A stretch of 64,000 bases of DNA from Auanema rhodensis (lineage: Eukaryota > Animalia > Nematoda): NCBI GenBank assembly GCA_964057225.1, contig OZ059894.1:21700001-21764000 (forward strand), given 5' to 3'. Positions within the stretch are counted from its first letter, which is position 1. Each line of letters starts with the position of its first letter. Of the stretch, positions 11,801 through 26,800 are shown one piece after another. The translations under genes were made by a program, and so were the position numbers. Under the pieces are notes generated by a model. It did not search any database and had not been told where the DNA came from. It worked only from the letters and a program-made list of their open reading frames with translations.

Positions 11801-14800
11801 TCGAGGATATAAGTGTGAACTTATATCAGTTGATATCTCGGTGCATTTTTAAGCTAGCGCAAATCTGATAACACAGATCGACGCAGCTTAAAAATCCGCA
11901 TCGAATGCACTATACAACATTGAGAAACGCTTAATACAAAAATTAGTTATGATCGTTTGAAAAATGATGCATTAGTGTGTGTTGAGTTTCCATGTACACT
12001 CAACATTGCTTCAAAAAACATTTTGACAAAAATTTTTTCGAAAAATTTCAAAATAATTTAGCAAAAAGTAGATGTTTTTAGATTCCTTTTTTTGAGGCAA
12101 AGACGATGGACAATGTTATTCAACGAAAAAATTGATTCTTCAGGGTGAAAATCGAGGATATAAGTGTGAACTTATATCAGTTGATATCTCGGTGCATTTT
12201 TAAGCTAGCGCAAATCTGATAACACAGATCGACGCAGCTTAAAAATCCGCATCGAATGCACTATACTACATTGAGAAACGCTTGATACAAAAATTAGTTA
12301 TGTTCGTTTGAAAAATGATGCATTAGTGTATGTTGAGTTTCCATGTACACTCAACATTGCTTCAAAAAACATTTTGACAAAAATTTTTTCGAAAAATTTC
12401 AAAATAATTTAGCAAAAAGTAGATGTTTTTAGATTCCATTTTTCAAGGCAAAGACGATAGACAATGTTATTCAACGAAAAAATTAATTCTTCAGGGTGAA
12501 AATCGAGGATATAAGTGTGAACTTATATCAGTTGATATCTCGGTGCATTTTTAAGCTAGCGCAAATCTGATAACACAGATCGACGCAGCTTGAAAAACCG
12601 CATCGAATGCACTATACTACATCAAGAAACGCTTGATACAAAAATTAGTTATGATCGTTTGAAAAATGATGCATTAGTGTATGTTGAGTTTCCATGTACA
12701 CTCAACATTGCTTCCAAAAACATTTTGACAAAAATTTTTTCGAAAAATTTCAAAATATTTTAGCAAAAAGTAGATGTTTTTAGATTCCTGTTTTTAAGGC
12801 AAAGACGATGGACAATGTTATTCAACGAAAAAATTAATTCTTCAGGGTGAAAATCGAGGATATAAGTGTGAACTTATATCAGTTGATATCTCGGTGCATT
12901 TTTAAGCTAGCGCAAATCTGATAACACAGATCGACGCAGCTTAAAAATCCGCATCGAATGCACTATACAACATTGAGAAACGCTTAATACAAAAATTAGT
13001 TATGATCGTTTGAAAAATGATGCATTAGTGTATGTTGAGTTTCCATGTACACTCAACATTGCTTCAAAAAACATTTTGACAAAAATTTTTTCGAAAAATT
13101 TCAAAATAATTTAGCAAAAAGTAGATGTTTTTAGATTCCTTTTTTTAAGGCAAAGACGATGGACAATGTTATTCAACGAAAAAATTAATTCTTCAGGGTG
13201 AAAATCGAGGATATAAGTGTGAACTTATATCAGTTGATATCTCGGTGCATTTTTAAGCTAGCGCAAATCTGATAACACAGATCGACGCAGCTTAAAAATC
13301 CGCATCGAATGCACTATACTACATCAAGAAACGCTTGATACAAAAATTAGTTATGATCGTTTGAAAAATGATGCATTAGTGTATGTTGAGTTTCCATGTA
13401 CACTCAACATTGCTTCCAAAAACATTTTGACAAAAATTTTTTCGAAAAATTTCAAAATATTTTAGCAAAAAGTAGATGTTTTTAGATTCCTGTTTTTAAG
13501 GCAAAGACGATGGACAATGTTATTCAACGAAAAAATTAATTCTTCAGGGTGAAAATCGAGGATATAAGTGTGAACTTATATCAGTTGATATCTCGGTGCA
13601 TTTTTAAGCTAGCGCAAATCTGATAACACAGATCGACGCAGCTTAAAAATCCGCATCGAATGCACTATACAACATTGAGAAACGCTTAATACAAAAATTA
13701 GTTATGATCGTTTGAAAAATGATGCATTAGTGTGTGTTGAGTTTCCATGTACACTCAACATTGCTTCCAAAAACATTTTGACAAAAATTTTTTCGAAAAA
13801 TTTCATAATAATTTAGCAAAAAGTAGATGTTTTTAGATTCCTGTTTTTAAGGCAAAGACGATGGACAATGTTATTCAACGAAAAAATTAATTCTTCAGGG
13901 TGAAAATCGAGGATATAAGTGTGAACTTATATCAGTTGATATCTCGGTGCATTTTTAAGCTAGCGCAAATTTGATAACACAGATCGACGCAGCTTAAAAA
14001 TCCGCATCGAATGCACTATACTACATTGAGAAACGCTTGATACAAAAATTAGTTATGTTCGTTTGAAAAATGATGCATTAGTGTATGTTGAGTTTCCATG
14101 TACACTCAACATTGCTTCAAAAAACATTTTGACAAAAATTTTTTCGAAAAATTTCAAAATAATTTAGCAAAAAGTAGATGTTTTTAGATTCCTTTTTTTA
14201 AGGCAAAGACGATGGACAATGTTATTCAACGAAAAAATTAATTCTTCAGGGTGAAAATCGAGGATATAAGTGTGAACTTATATCAGTTGATATCTCGGTG
14301 CATTTTTAAGCTAGCGCAAATCTGATAACACAGATCGACGCAGCTTAAAAATCCGCATCGAATGCACTATATTACATCAAGAAACGCTTGATACAAAAAT
14401 TAGTTATGATCGTTTGAAAAATGATGCATTAGTGTATGTTGAGTTTCCATGTACACTCAACATTGCTTCCAAAAACATTTTGACAAAAATTTTTTCGAAA
14501 AATTTCAAAATAATTTAGCAAAAAGTAGATGTTTTTAGATTCCTTTTTTTAAGGCAAAGACGATGGACAATGTTATTCAACGAAAAAATTAATTCTTCAG
14601 GGTGAAAATCGAGGATATAAGTGTGAACTTATATCAGTTGATATCTCGGTGCATTTTTAAGCTAGCGCAAATCTGATAACACAGATCGACGCAGCTTAAA
14701 AATCCGCATCGAATGCACTATACTACATTGAGAAACGCTTAAAACAAAAATTAGTTATGATCGTTTGAAAAATGATGCATTAGTGTATGTTGAGTTTCCA

Positions 14801-17800
14801 TGTACACTCAACATTGCTTCCAAAAACATTTTGACAAAAATTTTTTCGAAAAATTTCATAATAATTTAGCAAAAAGTAGATGTTTTTAGATTCCTGTTTT
14901 TAAGGCAAAGACGATGGACAATGTTATTCAACGAAAAAATTAATTCTTCAGGGTGAAAATCGAGGATATAAGTGTGAACTTATATCAGTTGATATCTCGG
15001 TGCATTTTTAAGCTTGCGCAAATTTGATAACACAGATCGACGCAGCTTAAAAATCCGCATCGAATGCACTATACTACATTGAGAAACGCTTGATACAAAA
15101 ATTAGTTATGTTCGTTTGAAAAATGATGCATTAGTGTATGTTGAGTTTCCATGTACACTCAACATTGCTTCAAAAAACATTTTGACAAAAATTTTTTCGA
15201 AAAATTTCAAAATAATTTAGCAAAAAGTAGATGTTTTTAGATTCCTTTTTTTAAGGCAAAGACGATGGACAATGTTATTCAACGAAAAAATTAATTCTTC
15301 AGGGTGAAAATCGAGGATATAAGTGTGAACTTATATCAGTTGATATCTCGGTGCATTTTTAAGCTAGCGCAAATCTGATAACACAGATCGACGCAGCTTA
15401 AAAATCCGCATCGAATGCACTATACTACATCAAGAAACGCTTGATACAAAAATTAGTTATGATCGTTTGAAAAATGATGCATTAGTGTATGTTGAGTTTC
15501 CATGTACACTCAACATTGCTTCCAAAAACATTTTGACAAAAATTTTTTCGAAAAATTTCAAAATAATTTAGCAAAAAGTAGATGTTTTTAGATTCCATTT
15601 TTCAAGGCAAAGACGATAGACAATGTTATTCAACGAAAAAATTAATTCTTCAGGGTGAAAATCGAGGATATAAGTGTGAACTTATATCAGTTGATATCTC
15701 GGTGCATTTTTAAGCTAGCGCAAATCTGATAACACAGATCGACGCAGCTTAAAAATCCGCATCGAATGCACTATACAACATTGAGAAACGCTTAATACAA
15801 AAATTAGTTATGATCGTTTGAAAAATGATGCATTAGTGTGTGTTGAGTTTCCATGTACACTCAACATTGCTTCCAAAAACATTTTGACAAAAATTTTTTC
15901 GAAAAATTTCAAAATAATTTAGCAAAAAGTAGATGTTTTTAGATTCCATTTTTCAAGGCAAAGACGATAGACAAGGTTATTCAACGAAAAAATTAATTCT
16001 TCAGGGTGAAAATCGAGGATATAAGTGTGAACTTATATCAGTTGATATCTCGGTGCATTTTTAAGCTAGCGCAAATTTGATAACACAGATCGACGCAGCT
16101 TAAAAATCCGCATCGAATGCACTATACTACATTGAGAAACGCTTGATACAAAAATTAGTTATGTTCGTTTGAAAAATGATGCATTAGTGTATGTTGAGTT
16201 TCCATGTACACTCAACATTGCTTCAAAAAACATTTTGACAAAAATTTTTTCGAAAAATTTCAAAATAATTTAGCAAAAAGTAGATGTTTTTAGATTCCTT
16301 TTTTTAAGGCAAAGACGATGGACAATGTTATTCAACGAAAAAATTAATTCTTCAGGGTGAAAATCGAGGATATAAGTGTGAACTTATATCAGTTGATATC
16401 TCGGTGCATTTTTAAGCTAGCGCAAATTTGATAACACAGATCGACGCAGCTTAAAAATCCGCATCGAATGCACTATACTACATTGAGAAACGCTTGATAC
16501 AAAAATTAGTTATGTTCGTTTGAAAAATGATGCATTAGTGTATGTTGAGTTTCCATGTACACTCAACATTGCTTCAAAAAACATTTTGACAAAAATTTTT
16601 TCGAAAAATTTCAAAATAATTTAGCAAAAAGTAGATGTTTTTAGATTCCATTTTTCAAGGCAAAGACGATAGACAATGTTATTCAACGAAAAAATTAATT
16701 CTTCAGGGTGAAAATCGAGGATATAAGTGTGAACTTATATCAGTTGATATCTCGGTGCATTTTTAAGCTAGCGCAAATCTGATAACACAGATCGACGCAG
16801 CTTAAAAATCCGCATCGAATGCACTATACTACATCAAGAAACGCTTGATACAAAAATTAGTTATGATCGTTTGAAAAATGATGCATTAGTGTATGTTGAG
16901 TTTCCATGTACACTCAACATTGCTTCCAAAAACATTTTGACAAAAATTTTTTCGAAAAATTTCAAAATAATTTAGCAAAAAGTAGATGTTTTTAGATTCC
17001 ATTTTTCAAGGCAAAGACGATAGACAATGTTATTCAACGAAAAAATTAATTCTTCAGGGTGAAAATCGAGGATATAAGTGTGAACTTATATCAGTTGATA
17101 TCTCGGTGCATTTTTAAGCTAGCGCAAATCTGATAACACAGATCGACGCAGCTTGAAAAACCGCATCGAATGCACTATACTACATTAAGAAACGCTTAAT
17201 ACAAAAATTAGTTATGATCGTTTGAAAAATGATGCATTAGTGTATGTTGAGTTTCCATGTACACTCAACATTGCTTCCAAAAACATTTTGACAAAAATTT
17301 TTTCGAAAAATTTCAAAATAATTTAGCAAAAAGTAGATGTTTTTAGATTCCATTTTTCAAGGCAAAGACGATAGACAATGTTATTCAACGAAAAAATTAA
17401 TTCTTCAGGGTGAAAATCGAGGATATAAGTGTGAACTTATATCAGTTGATATCTCGGTGCATTTTTAAGCTAGCGCAAATCTGATAACACAGATCGACGC
17501 AGCTTAAAAATCCGCATCGAATGCACTATACAACATTGAGAAACGCTTAATACAAAAATTAGTTATGATCGTTTGAAAAATGATGCATTAGTGTGTGTTG
17601 AGTTTCCATGTACACTCAACATTGCTTCCAAAAACATTTTGACAAAAATTTTTTCGAAAAATTTCAAAATAATTTAGCAAAAAGTAGATGTTTTTAGATT
17701 CCATTTTTCAAGGCAAAGACGATAGACAAGGTTATTCAACGAAAAAATTAATTCTTCAGGGTGAAAATCGAGGATATAAGTGTGAACTTATATCAGTTGA

Positions 17801-20800
17801 TATCTCGGTGCATTTTTAAGCTAGCGCAAATCTGATAACACAGATCGACGCAGCTTGAAAAACCGCATCGAATGCACTATACTACATTAAGAAACGCTTA
17901 ATACAAAAATTAGTTATGATCGTTTGAAAAATGATGCATTAGTGTATGTTGAGTTTCCATGTACACTCAACATTGCTTCCAAAAACATTTTGACAAAAAT
18001 TTTTTCGAAAAATTTCAAAATAATTTAGCAAAAAGTAGATGTTTTTAGATTCCATTTTTCAAGGCAAAGACGATAGACAATGTTATTCAACGAAAAAATT
18101 AATTCTTCAGGGTGAAAATCGAGGATATAAGTGTGAACTTATATCAGTTGATATCTCGGTGCATTTTTAAGCTAGCGCAAATCTGATAACACAGATCGAC
18201 GCAGCTTAAAAATCCGCATCGAATGCACTATACAACATTGAGAAACGCTTAATACAAAAATTAGTTATGATCGTTTGAAAAATGATGCATTAGTGTGTGT
18301 TGAGTTTCCATGTACACTCAACATTGCTTCCAAAAACATTTTGACAAAAATTTTTTCGAAAAATTTCAAAATAATTTAGCAAAAAGTAGATGTTTTTAGA
18401 TTCCATTTTTCAAGGCAAAGACGATAGACAAGGTTATTCAACGAAAAAATTAATTCTTCAGGGTGAAAATCGAGGATATAAGTGTGAACTTATATCAGTT
18501 GATATCTCGGTGCATTTTTAAGCTAGCGCAAATCTGATAACACAGATCGACGCAGCTTAAAAATCCGCATCGAATGCACTATACTACATTGAGAAACGCT
18601 TAATACAAAAATTAGTTATGATCGTTTGAAAAATGATGCATTAGTGTATGTTGAGTTTCCATGTACACTCAACATTGCTTCCAAAAACATTTTGACAAAA
18701 ATTTTTTCGAAAAATTTCAAAATATTTTAGCAAAAAGTAGATGTTTTTAGATTCCTGTTTTTAAGGCAAAGACGATGGACAATGTTATTCAACGAAAAAA
18801 TTAATTCTTCAGGGTGAAAATCGAGGATATAAGTGTGAACTTATATCAGTTGATATCTCGGTGCATTTTTAAGCTAGCGCAAATCTGATAACACAGATCG
18901 ACGCAGCTTAAAAATCCGCATCGAATGCACTATACTACATCAAGAAACGCTTGATACAAAAATTAGTTATGATCGTTTGAAAAATGATGCATTAGTGTAT
19001 GTTGAGTTTCCATGTACACTCAACATTGCTTCCAAAAACATTTTGACAAAAATTTTTTCGAAAAATTTCAAAATAATTTAGCAAAAAGTAGATGTTTTTA
19101 GATTCCATTTTTCAAGGCAAAGACGATAGACAATGTTATTCAACGAAAAAATTAATTCTTCAGGGTGAAAATCGAGGATATAAGTGTGAACTTATATCAG
19201 TTGATATCTCGGTGCATTTTTAAGCTAGCGCAAATCTGATAACACAGATCGACGCAGCTTGAAAAACCGCATCGAATGCACTATACTACATTAAGAAACG
19301 CTTAATACAAAAATTAGTTATGATCGTTTGAAAAATGATGCATTAGTGTATGTTGAGTTTCCATGTACACTCAACATTGCTTCCAAAAACATTTTGACAA
19401 AAATTTTTTCGAAAAATTTCAAAATAATTTAGCAAAAAGTAGATGTTTTTAGATTCCATTTTTCAAGGCAAAGACGATAGACAATGTTATTCAACGAAAA
19501 AATTAATTCTTCAGGGTGAAAATCGAGGATATAAGTGTGAACTTATATCAGTTGATATCTCGGTGCATTTTTAAGCTAGCGCAAATCTGATAACACAGAT
19601 CGACGCAGCTTAAAAATCCGCATCGAATGCACTATACAACATTGAGAAACGCTTAATACAAAAATTAGTTATGATCGTTTGAAAAATGATGCATTAGTGT
19701 GTGTTGAGTTTCCATGTACACTCAACATTGCTTCCAAAAACATTTTGACAAAAATTTTTTCGAAAAATTTCAAAATAATTTAGCAAAAAGTAGATGTTTT
19801 TAGATTCCATTTTTCAAGGCAAAGACGATAGACAAGGTTATTCAACGAAAAAATTAATTCTTCAGGGTGAAAATCGAGGATATAAGTGTGAACTTATATC
19901 AGTTGATATCTCGGTGCATTTTTAAGCTAGCGCAAATCTGATAACACAGATCGACGCAGCTTGAAAAACCGCATCGAATGCACTATACTACATTAAGAAA
20001 CGCTTAATACAAAAATTAGTTATGATCGTTTGAAAAATGATGCATTAGTGTATGTTGAGTTTCCATGTACACTCAACATTGCTTCCAAAAACATTTTGAC
20101 AAAAATTTTTTCGAAAAATTTCAAAATAATTTAGCAAAAAGTAGATGTTTTTAGATTCCATTTTTCAAGGCAAAGACGATAGACAATGTTATTCAACGAA
20201 AAAATTAATTCTTCAGGGTGAAAATCGAGGATATAAGTGTGAACTTATATCAGTTGATATCTCGGTGCATTTTTAAGCTAGCGCAAATCTGATAACACAG
20301 ATCGACGCAGCTTAAAAATCCGCATCGAATGCACTATACAACATTGAGAAACGCTTAATACAAAAATTAGTTATGATCGTTTGAAAAATGATGCATTAGT
20401 GTGTGTTGAGTTTCCATGTACACTCAACATTGCTTCCAAAAACATTTTGACAAAAATTTTTTCGAAAAATTTCAAAATAATTTAGCAAAAAGTAGATGTT
20501 TTTAGATTCCATTTTTCAAGGCAAAGACGATAGACAAGGTTATTCAACGAAAAAATTAATTCTTCAGGGTGAAAATCGAGGATATAAGTGTGAACTTATA
20601 TCAGTTGATATCTCGGTGCATTTTTAAGCTAGCGCAAATCTGATAACACAGATCGACGCAGCTTGAAAAACCGCATCGAATGCACTATGCTACATTAAGA
20701 AACGCTTAATACAAAAATTAGTTATGATCGTTTGAAAAATGATGCATTAGTGTATGTTGAGTTTCCATGTACACTCAACATTGCTTCCAAAAACATTTTG

Positions 20801-23800
20801 ACAAAAATTTTTTCGAAAAATTTCATAATAATTTAGCAAAAAGTAGATGTTTTTAGATTCCTGTTTTTAAGGCAAAGACGATGGACAATGTTATTCAACG
20901 AAAAAATTAATTCTTCAGGGTGAAAATCGAGGATATAAGTGTGAACTTATATCAGTTGATATCTCGGTGCATTTTTAAGCTAGCGCAAATTTGATAACAC
21001 AGATCGACGCAGCTTAAAAATCCGCATCGAATGCACTATACTACATTGAGAAACGCTTGATACAAAAATTAGTTATGTTCGTTTGAAAAATGATGCATTA
21101 GTGTATGTTGAGTTTCCATGTACACTCAACATTGCTTCAAAAAACATTTTGACAAAAAATTTTTTCGAAAAATTTCAAAATAATTTAGCAAAAAGTAGAT
21201 GTTTTTAGATTCCTTTTTTTAAGGCAAAGACGATGGACAATGTTATTCAACGAAAAAATTAATTCTTCAGGGTGAAAATCGAGGATATAAGTGTGAACTT
21301 ATATCAGTTGATATCTCGGTGCATTTTTAAGCTAGCGCAAATTTGATAACACAGATCGACGCAGCTTAAAAATCCGCATCGAATGCACTATACTACATTG
21401 AGAAACGCTTGATACAAAAATTAGTTATGTTCGTTTGAAAAATGATGCATTAGTGTATGTTGAGTTTCCATGTACACTCAACATTGCTTCAAAAAACATT
21501 TTGACAAAAATTTTTTCGAAAAATTTCAAAATAATTTAGCAAAAAGTAGATGTTTTTAGATTCCATTTTTCAAGGCAAAGACGATAGACAATGTTATTCA
21601 ACGAAAAAATTAATTCTTCAGGGTGAAAATCGAGGATATAAGTGTGAACTTATATCAGTTGATATCTCGGTGCATTTTTAAGCTAGCGCAAATCTGATAA
21701 CACAGATCGACGCAGCTTAAAAATCCGCATCGAATGCACTATACAACATTGAGAAACGCTTAATACAAAAATTAGTTATGATCGTTTGAAAAATGATGCA
21801 TTAGTGTGTGTTGAGTTTCCATGTACACTCAACATTGCTTCCAAAAACATTTTGACAAAAATTTTTTCGAAAAATTTCAAAATAATTTAGCAAAAAGTAG
21901 ATGTTTTTAGATTCCATTTTTCAAGGCAAAGACGATAGACAAGGTTATTCAACGAAAAAATTAATTCTTCAGGGTGAAAATCGAGGATATAAGTGTGAAC
22001 TTATATCAGTTGATATCTCGGTGCATTTTTAAGCTAGCGCAAATCTGATAACACAGATCGACGCAGCTTGAAAAACCGCATCGAATGCACTATACTACAT
22101 TAAGAAACGCTTAATACAAAAATTAGTTATGATCGTTTGAAAAATGATGCATTAGTGTATGTTGAGTTTCCATGTACACTCAACATTGCTTCCAAAAACA
22201 TTTTGACAAAAATTTTTTCGAAAAATTTCATAATAATTTAGCAAAAAGTAGATGTTTTTAGATTCCTGTTTTTAAGGCAAAGACGATGGACAATGTTATT
22301 CAACGAAAAAATTAATTCTTCAGGGTGAAAATCGAGGATATAAGTGTGAACTTATATCAGTTGATATCTCGGTGCATTTTTAAGCTAGCGCAAATTTGAT
22401 AACACAGATCGACGCAGCTTAAAAATCCGCATCGAATGCACTATACTACATTGAGAAACGCTTGATACAAAAATTAGTTATGTTCGTTTGAAAAATGATG
22501 CATTAGTGTATGTTGAGTTTCCATGTACACTCAACATTGCTTCAAAAAACATTTTGACAAAAATTTTTTCGAAAAATTTCAAAATAATTTAGCAAAAAGT
22601 AGATGTTTTTAGATTCCTTTTTTTAAGGCAAAGACGATGGACAATGTTATTCAACGAAAAAATTAATTCTTCAGGGTGAAAATCGAGGATATAAGTGTGA
22701 ACTTATATCAGTTGATATCTCGGTGCATTTTTAAGCTAGCGCAAATTTGATAACACAGATCGACGCAGCTTAAAAATCCGCATCGAATGCACTATACTAC
22801 ATTGAGAAACGCTTGATACAAAAATTAGTTATGTTCGTTTGAAAAATGATGCATTAGTGTATGTTGAGTTTCCATGTACACTCAACATTGCTTCAAAAAA
22901 CATTTTGACAAAAATTTTTTCGAAAAATTTCAAAATAATTTAGCAAAAAGTAGATGTTTTTAGATTCCATTTTTCAAGGCAAAGACGATAGACAATGTTA
23001 TTCAACGAAAAAATTAATTCTTCAGGGTGAAAATCGAGGATATAAGTGTGAACTTATATCAGTTGATATCTCGGTGCATTTTTAAGCTAGCGCAAATCTG
23101 ATAACACAGATCGACGCAGCTTAAAAATCCGCATCGAATGCACTATACTACATCAAGAAACGCTTGATACAAAAATTAGTTATGATCGTTTGAAAAATGA
23201 TGCATTAGTGTATGTTGAGTTTCCATGTACACTCAACATTGCTTCCAAAAACATTTTGACAAAAATTTTTTCGAAAAATTTCAAAATAATTTAGCAAAAA
23301 GTAGATGTTTTTAGATTCCATTTTTCAAGGCAAAGACGATAGACAATGTTATTCAACGAAAAAATTAATTCTTCAGGGTGAAAATCGAGGATATAAGTGT
23401 GAACTTATATCAGTTGATATCTCGGTGCATTTTTAAGCTAGCGCAAATCTGATAACACAGATCGACGCAGCTTGAAAAACCGCATCGAATGCACTATACT
23501 ACATTAAGAAACGCTTAATACAAAAATTAGTTATGATCGTTTGAAAAATGATGCATTAGTGTATGTTGAGTTTCCATGTACACTCAACATTGCTTCCAAA
23601 AACATTTTGACAAAAATTTTTTCGAAAAATTTCAAAATAATTTAGCAAAAAGTAGATGTTTTCAGATTCCATTTTTCAAGGCAAAGACGATAGACAATGT
23701 TATTCAACGAAAAAATTAATTCTTCAGGGTGAAAATCGAGGATATAAGTGTGAACTTATATCAGTTGATATCTCGGTGCATTTTTAAGCTAGCGCAAATC

Positions 23801-26800
23801 TGATAACACAGATCGACGCAGCTTAAAAATCCGCATCGAATGCACTATACAACATTGAGAAACGCTTAATACAAAAATTAGTTATGATCGTTTGAAAAAT
23901 GATGCATTAGTGTGTGTTGAGTTTCCATGTACACTCAACATTGCTTCCAAAAACATTTTGACAAAAATTTTTTCGAAAAATATCAAAATAATTTAGCAAA
24001 AAGTAGATGTTTTTAGATTCCATTTTTCAAGGCAAAGACGATAGACAAGGTTATTCAACGAAAAAATTAATTCTTCAGGGTGAAAATCGAGGATATAAGT
24101 GTGAACTTATATCAGTTGATATCTCGGTGCATTTTTAAGCTAGCGCAAATCTGATAACACAGATCGACGCAGCTTGAAAAACCGCATCGAATGCACTATA
24201 CTACATTAAGAAACGCTTAATACAAAAATTAGTTATGATCGTTTGAAAAATGATGCATTAGTGTATGTTGAGTTTCCATGTACACTCAACATTGCTTCCA
24301 AAAACATTTTGACAAAAATTTTTTCGAAAAATTTCATAATAATTTAGCAAAAAGTAGATGTTTTTAGATTCCTGTTTTTAAGGCAAAGACGATGGACAAT
24401 GTTATTCAACGAAAAAATTAATTCTTCAGGGTGAAAATCGAGGATATAAGTGTGAACTTATATCAGTTGATATCTCGGTGCATTTTTAAGCTAGCGCAAA
24501 TTTGATAACACAGATCGACGCAGCTTAAAAATCCGCATCGAATGCACTATACTACATTGAGAAACGCTTGATACAAAAATTAGTTATGTTCGTTTGAAAA
24601 ATGATGCATTAGTGTATGTTGAGTTTCCATGTACACTCAACATTGCTTCAAAAAACATTTTGACAAAAATTTTTTCGAAAAATTTCAAAATAATTTAGCA
24701 AAAAGTAGATGTTTTTAGATTCCTTTTTTTAAGGCAAAGACGATGGACAATGTTATTCAACGAAAAAATTAATTCTTCAGGGTGAAAATCGAGGATATAA
24801 GTGTAAACTTATATCAGTTGATATCTCGGTGCATTTTTAAGCTAGCGCAAATCTGATAACACAGATCGACGCAGCTTAAAAATCCGCATCGAATGCACTA
24901 TACTACATTGAGAAACGCTTAATACACAAATTAGTTATGATCGTTTGAAAAATGATGCATTAGTGTATGTTGAGTTTCCATGTACACTCAACATTGCTTC
25001 CAAAAACATTTTGACAAAAATTTTTTCGAAAAATTTCAAAATAATTTAGCAAAAAGTAGATGTTTTTAGATTCCTTTTTTTAAGGCAAAGACGATGGACA
25101 ATGTTATTCAACGAAAAAATTAATTCTTCAGGGTGAAAATCGAGGATATAAGTGTGAACTTATATCAGTTGATATCTCGGTGCATTTTTAAGCTAGCGCA
25201 AATCTGATAACACAGATCGACGCAGCTTGAAAAACCGCATCGAATGCACTATACTACATTGAGAAACGCTTAATACAAAAATTAGTTATGATCGTTTGAA
25301 AAATGATGCATTAGTGTATGTTGAGTTTCCATGTACACTCAACATTGCTTCCAAAAACATTTTGACAAAAATTTTTTCGAAAAATTTCAAAATAATTTAG
25401 CAAAAAGTAGATGTTTTTAGATTCCATTTTTCAAGGCAAAGACGATAGACAATGTTATTCAACGAAAAAATTAATTCTTCAGGGTGAAAATCGAGGATAT
25501 AAGTGTGAACTTATATCAGTTGATATCTCGGTGCATTTTTAAGCTAGCGCAAATCTGATAACACAGATCGACGCAGCTTAAAAATCCGCATCGAATGCAC
25601 TATACAACATTGAGAAACGCTTAATACAAAAATTAGTTATGATCGTTTGAAAAATGATGCATTAGTGTGTGTTGAGTTTCCATGTACACTCAACATTGCT
25701 TCCAAAAACATTTTGACAAAAATTTTTTCGAAAAATTTCAAAATAATTTAGCAAAAAGTAGATGTTTTTAGATTCCATTTTTCAAGGCAAAGACGATAGA
25801 CAAGGTTATTCAACGAAAAAATTAATTCTTCAGGGTGAAAATCGAGGATATAAGTGTGAACTTATATCAGTTGATATCTCGGTGCATTTTTAAGCTAGCG
25901 CAAATCTGATAACACAGATCGACGCAGCTTAAAAATCCGCATCGAATGCACTATACTACATTGAGAAACGCTTAATACACAAATTAGTTATGATCGTTTG
26001 AAAAATGATGCATTATTGTATGTTGAGTTTCCATGTACACTCAACATTGCTTCAAAAAACATTTTGACAAAAATTTTTTCGAAAAATTTCAAAATAATTT
26101 AGCAAAAAGTAGATGTTTTTAGATTCCTTTTTTTAAGGCAAAGACGATGGACAATGTTATTCAACGAAAAAATTAATTCTTCAGGGTGAAAATCGAGGAT
26201 ATAAGTGTAAACTTATATCAGTTGATATCTCGGTGCATTTTTAAGCTAGCGCAAATCTGATAACACAGATCGACGCAGCTTAAAAATCCGCATCGAATGC
26301 ACTATACTACATTGAAAAACGCTTAATACACAAATTAGTTATGATCGTTTGAAAAATGATGCATTAGTGTATGTTGAGTTTCCATGTACACTCAACATTG
26401 CTTCCAAAAACATTTTGACAAAAATTTTTTCGAAAAATTTCAAAATAATTTAGCAAAAAGTAGATGTTTTTAGATTCCTTTTTTTAAGGCAAAGACGATG
26501 GACAATGTTATTCAACGAAAAAATTAATTCTTCAGGGTGAAAATCGAGGATATAAGTGTAAACTTATATCAGTTGATATCTCGGTGCATTTTTAAGCTAG
26601 CGCAAATCTGATAACACAGATCGACGCAGCTTAAAAATCCGCATCGAATGCACTATACTACATTGAGAAACGCTTAATACAAAAATTAGTTATGATCGTT
26701 TGAAAAATGATGCATTAGTGTATGTTGAGTTTCCATGTACACTCAACATTGCTTCCAAAAACATTTTGACAAAAATTTTTTCGAAAAATTTCAAAATAAT

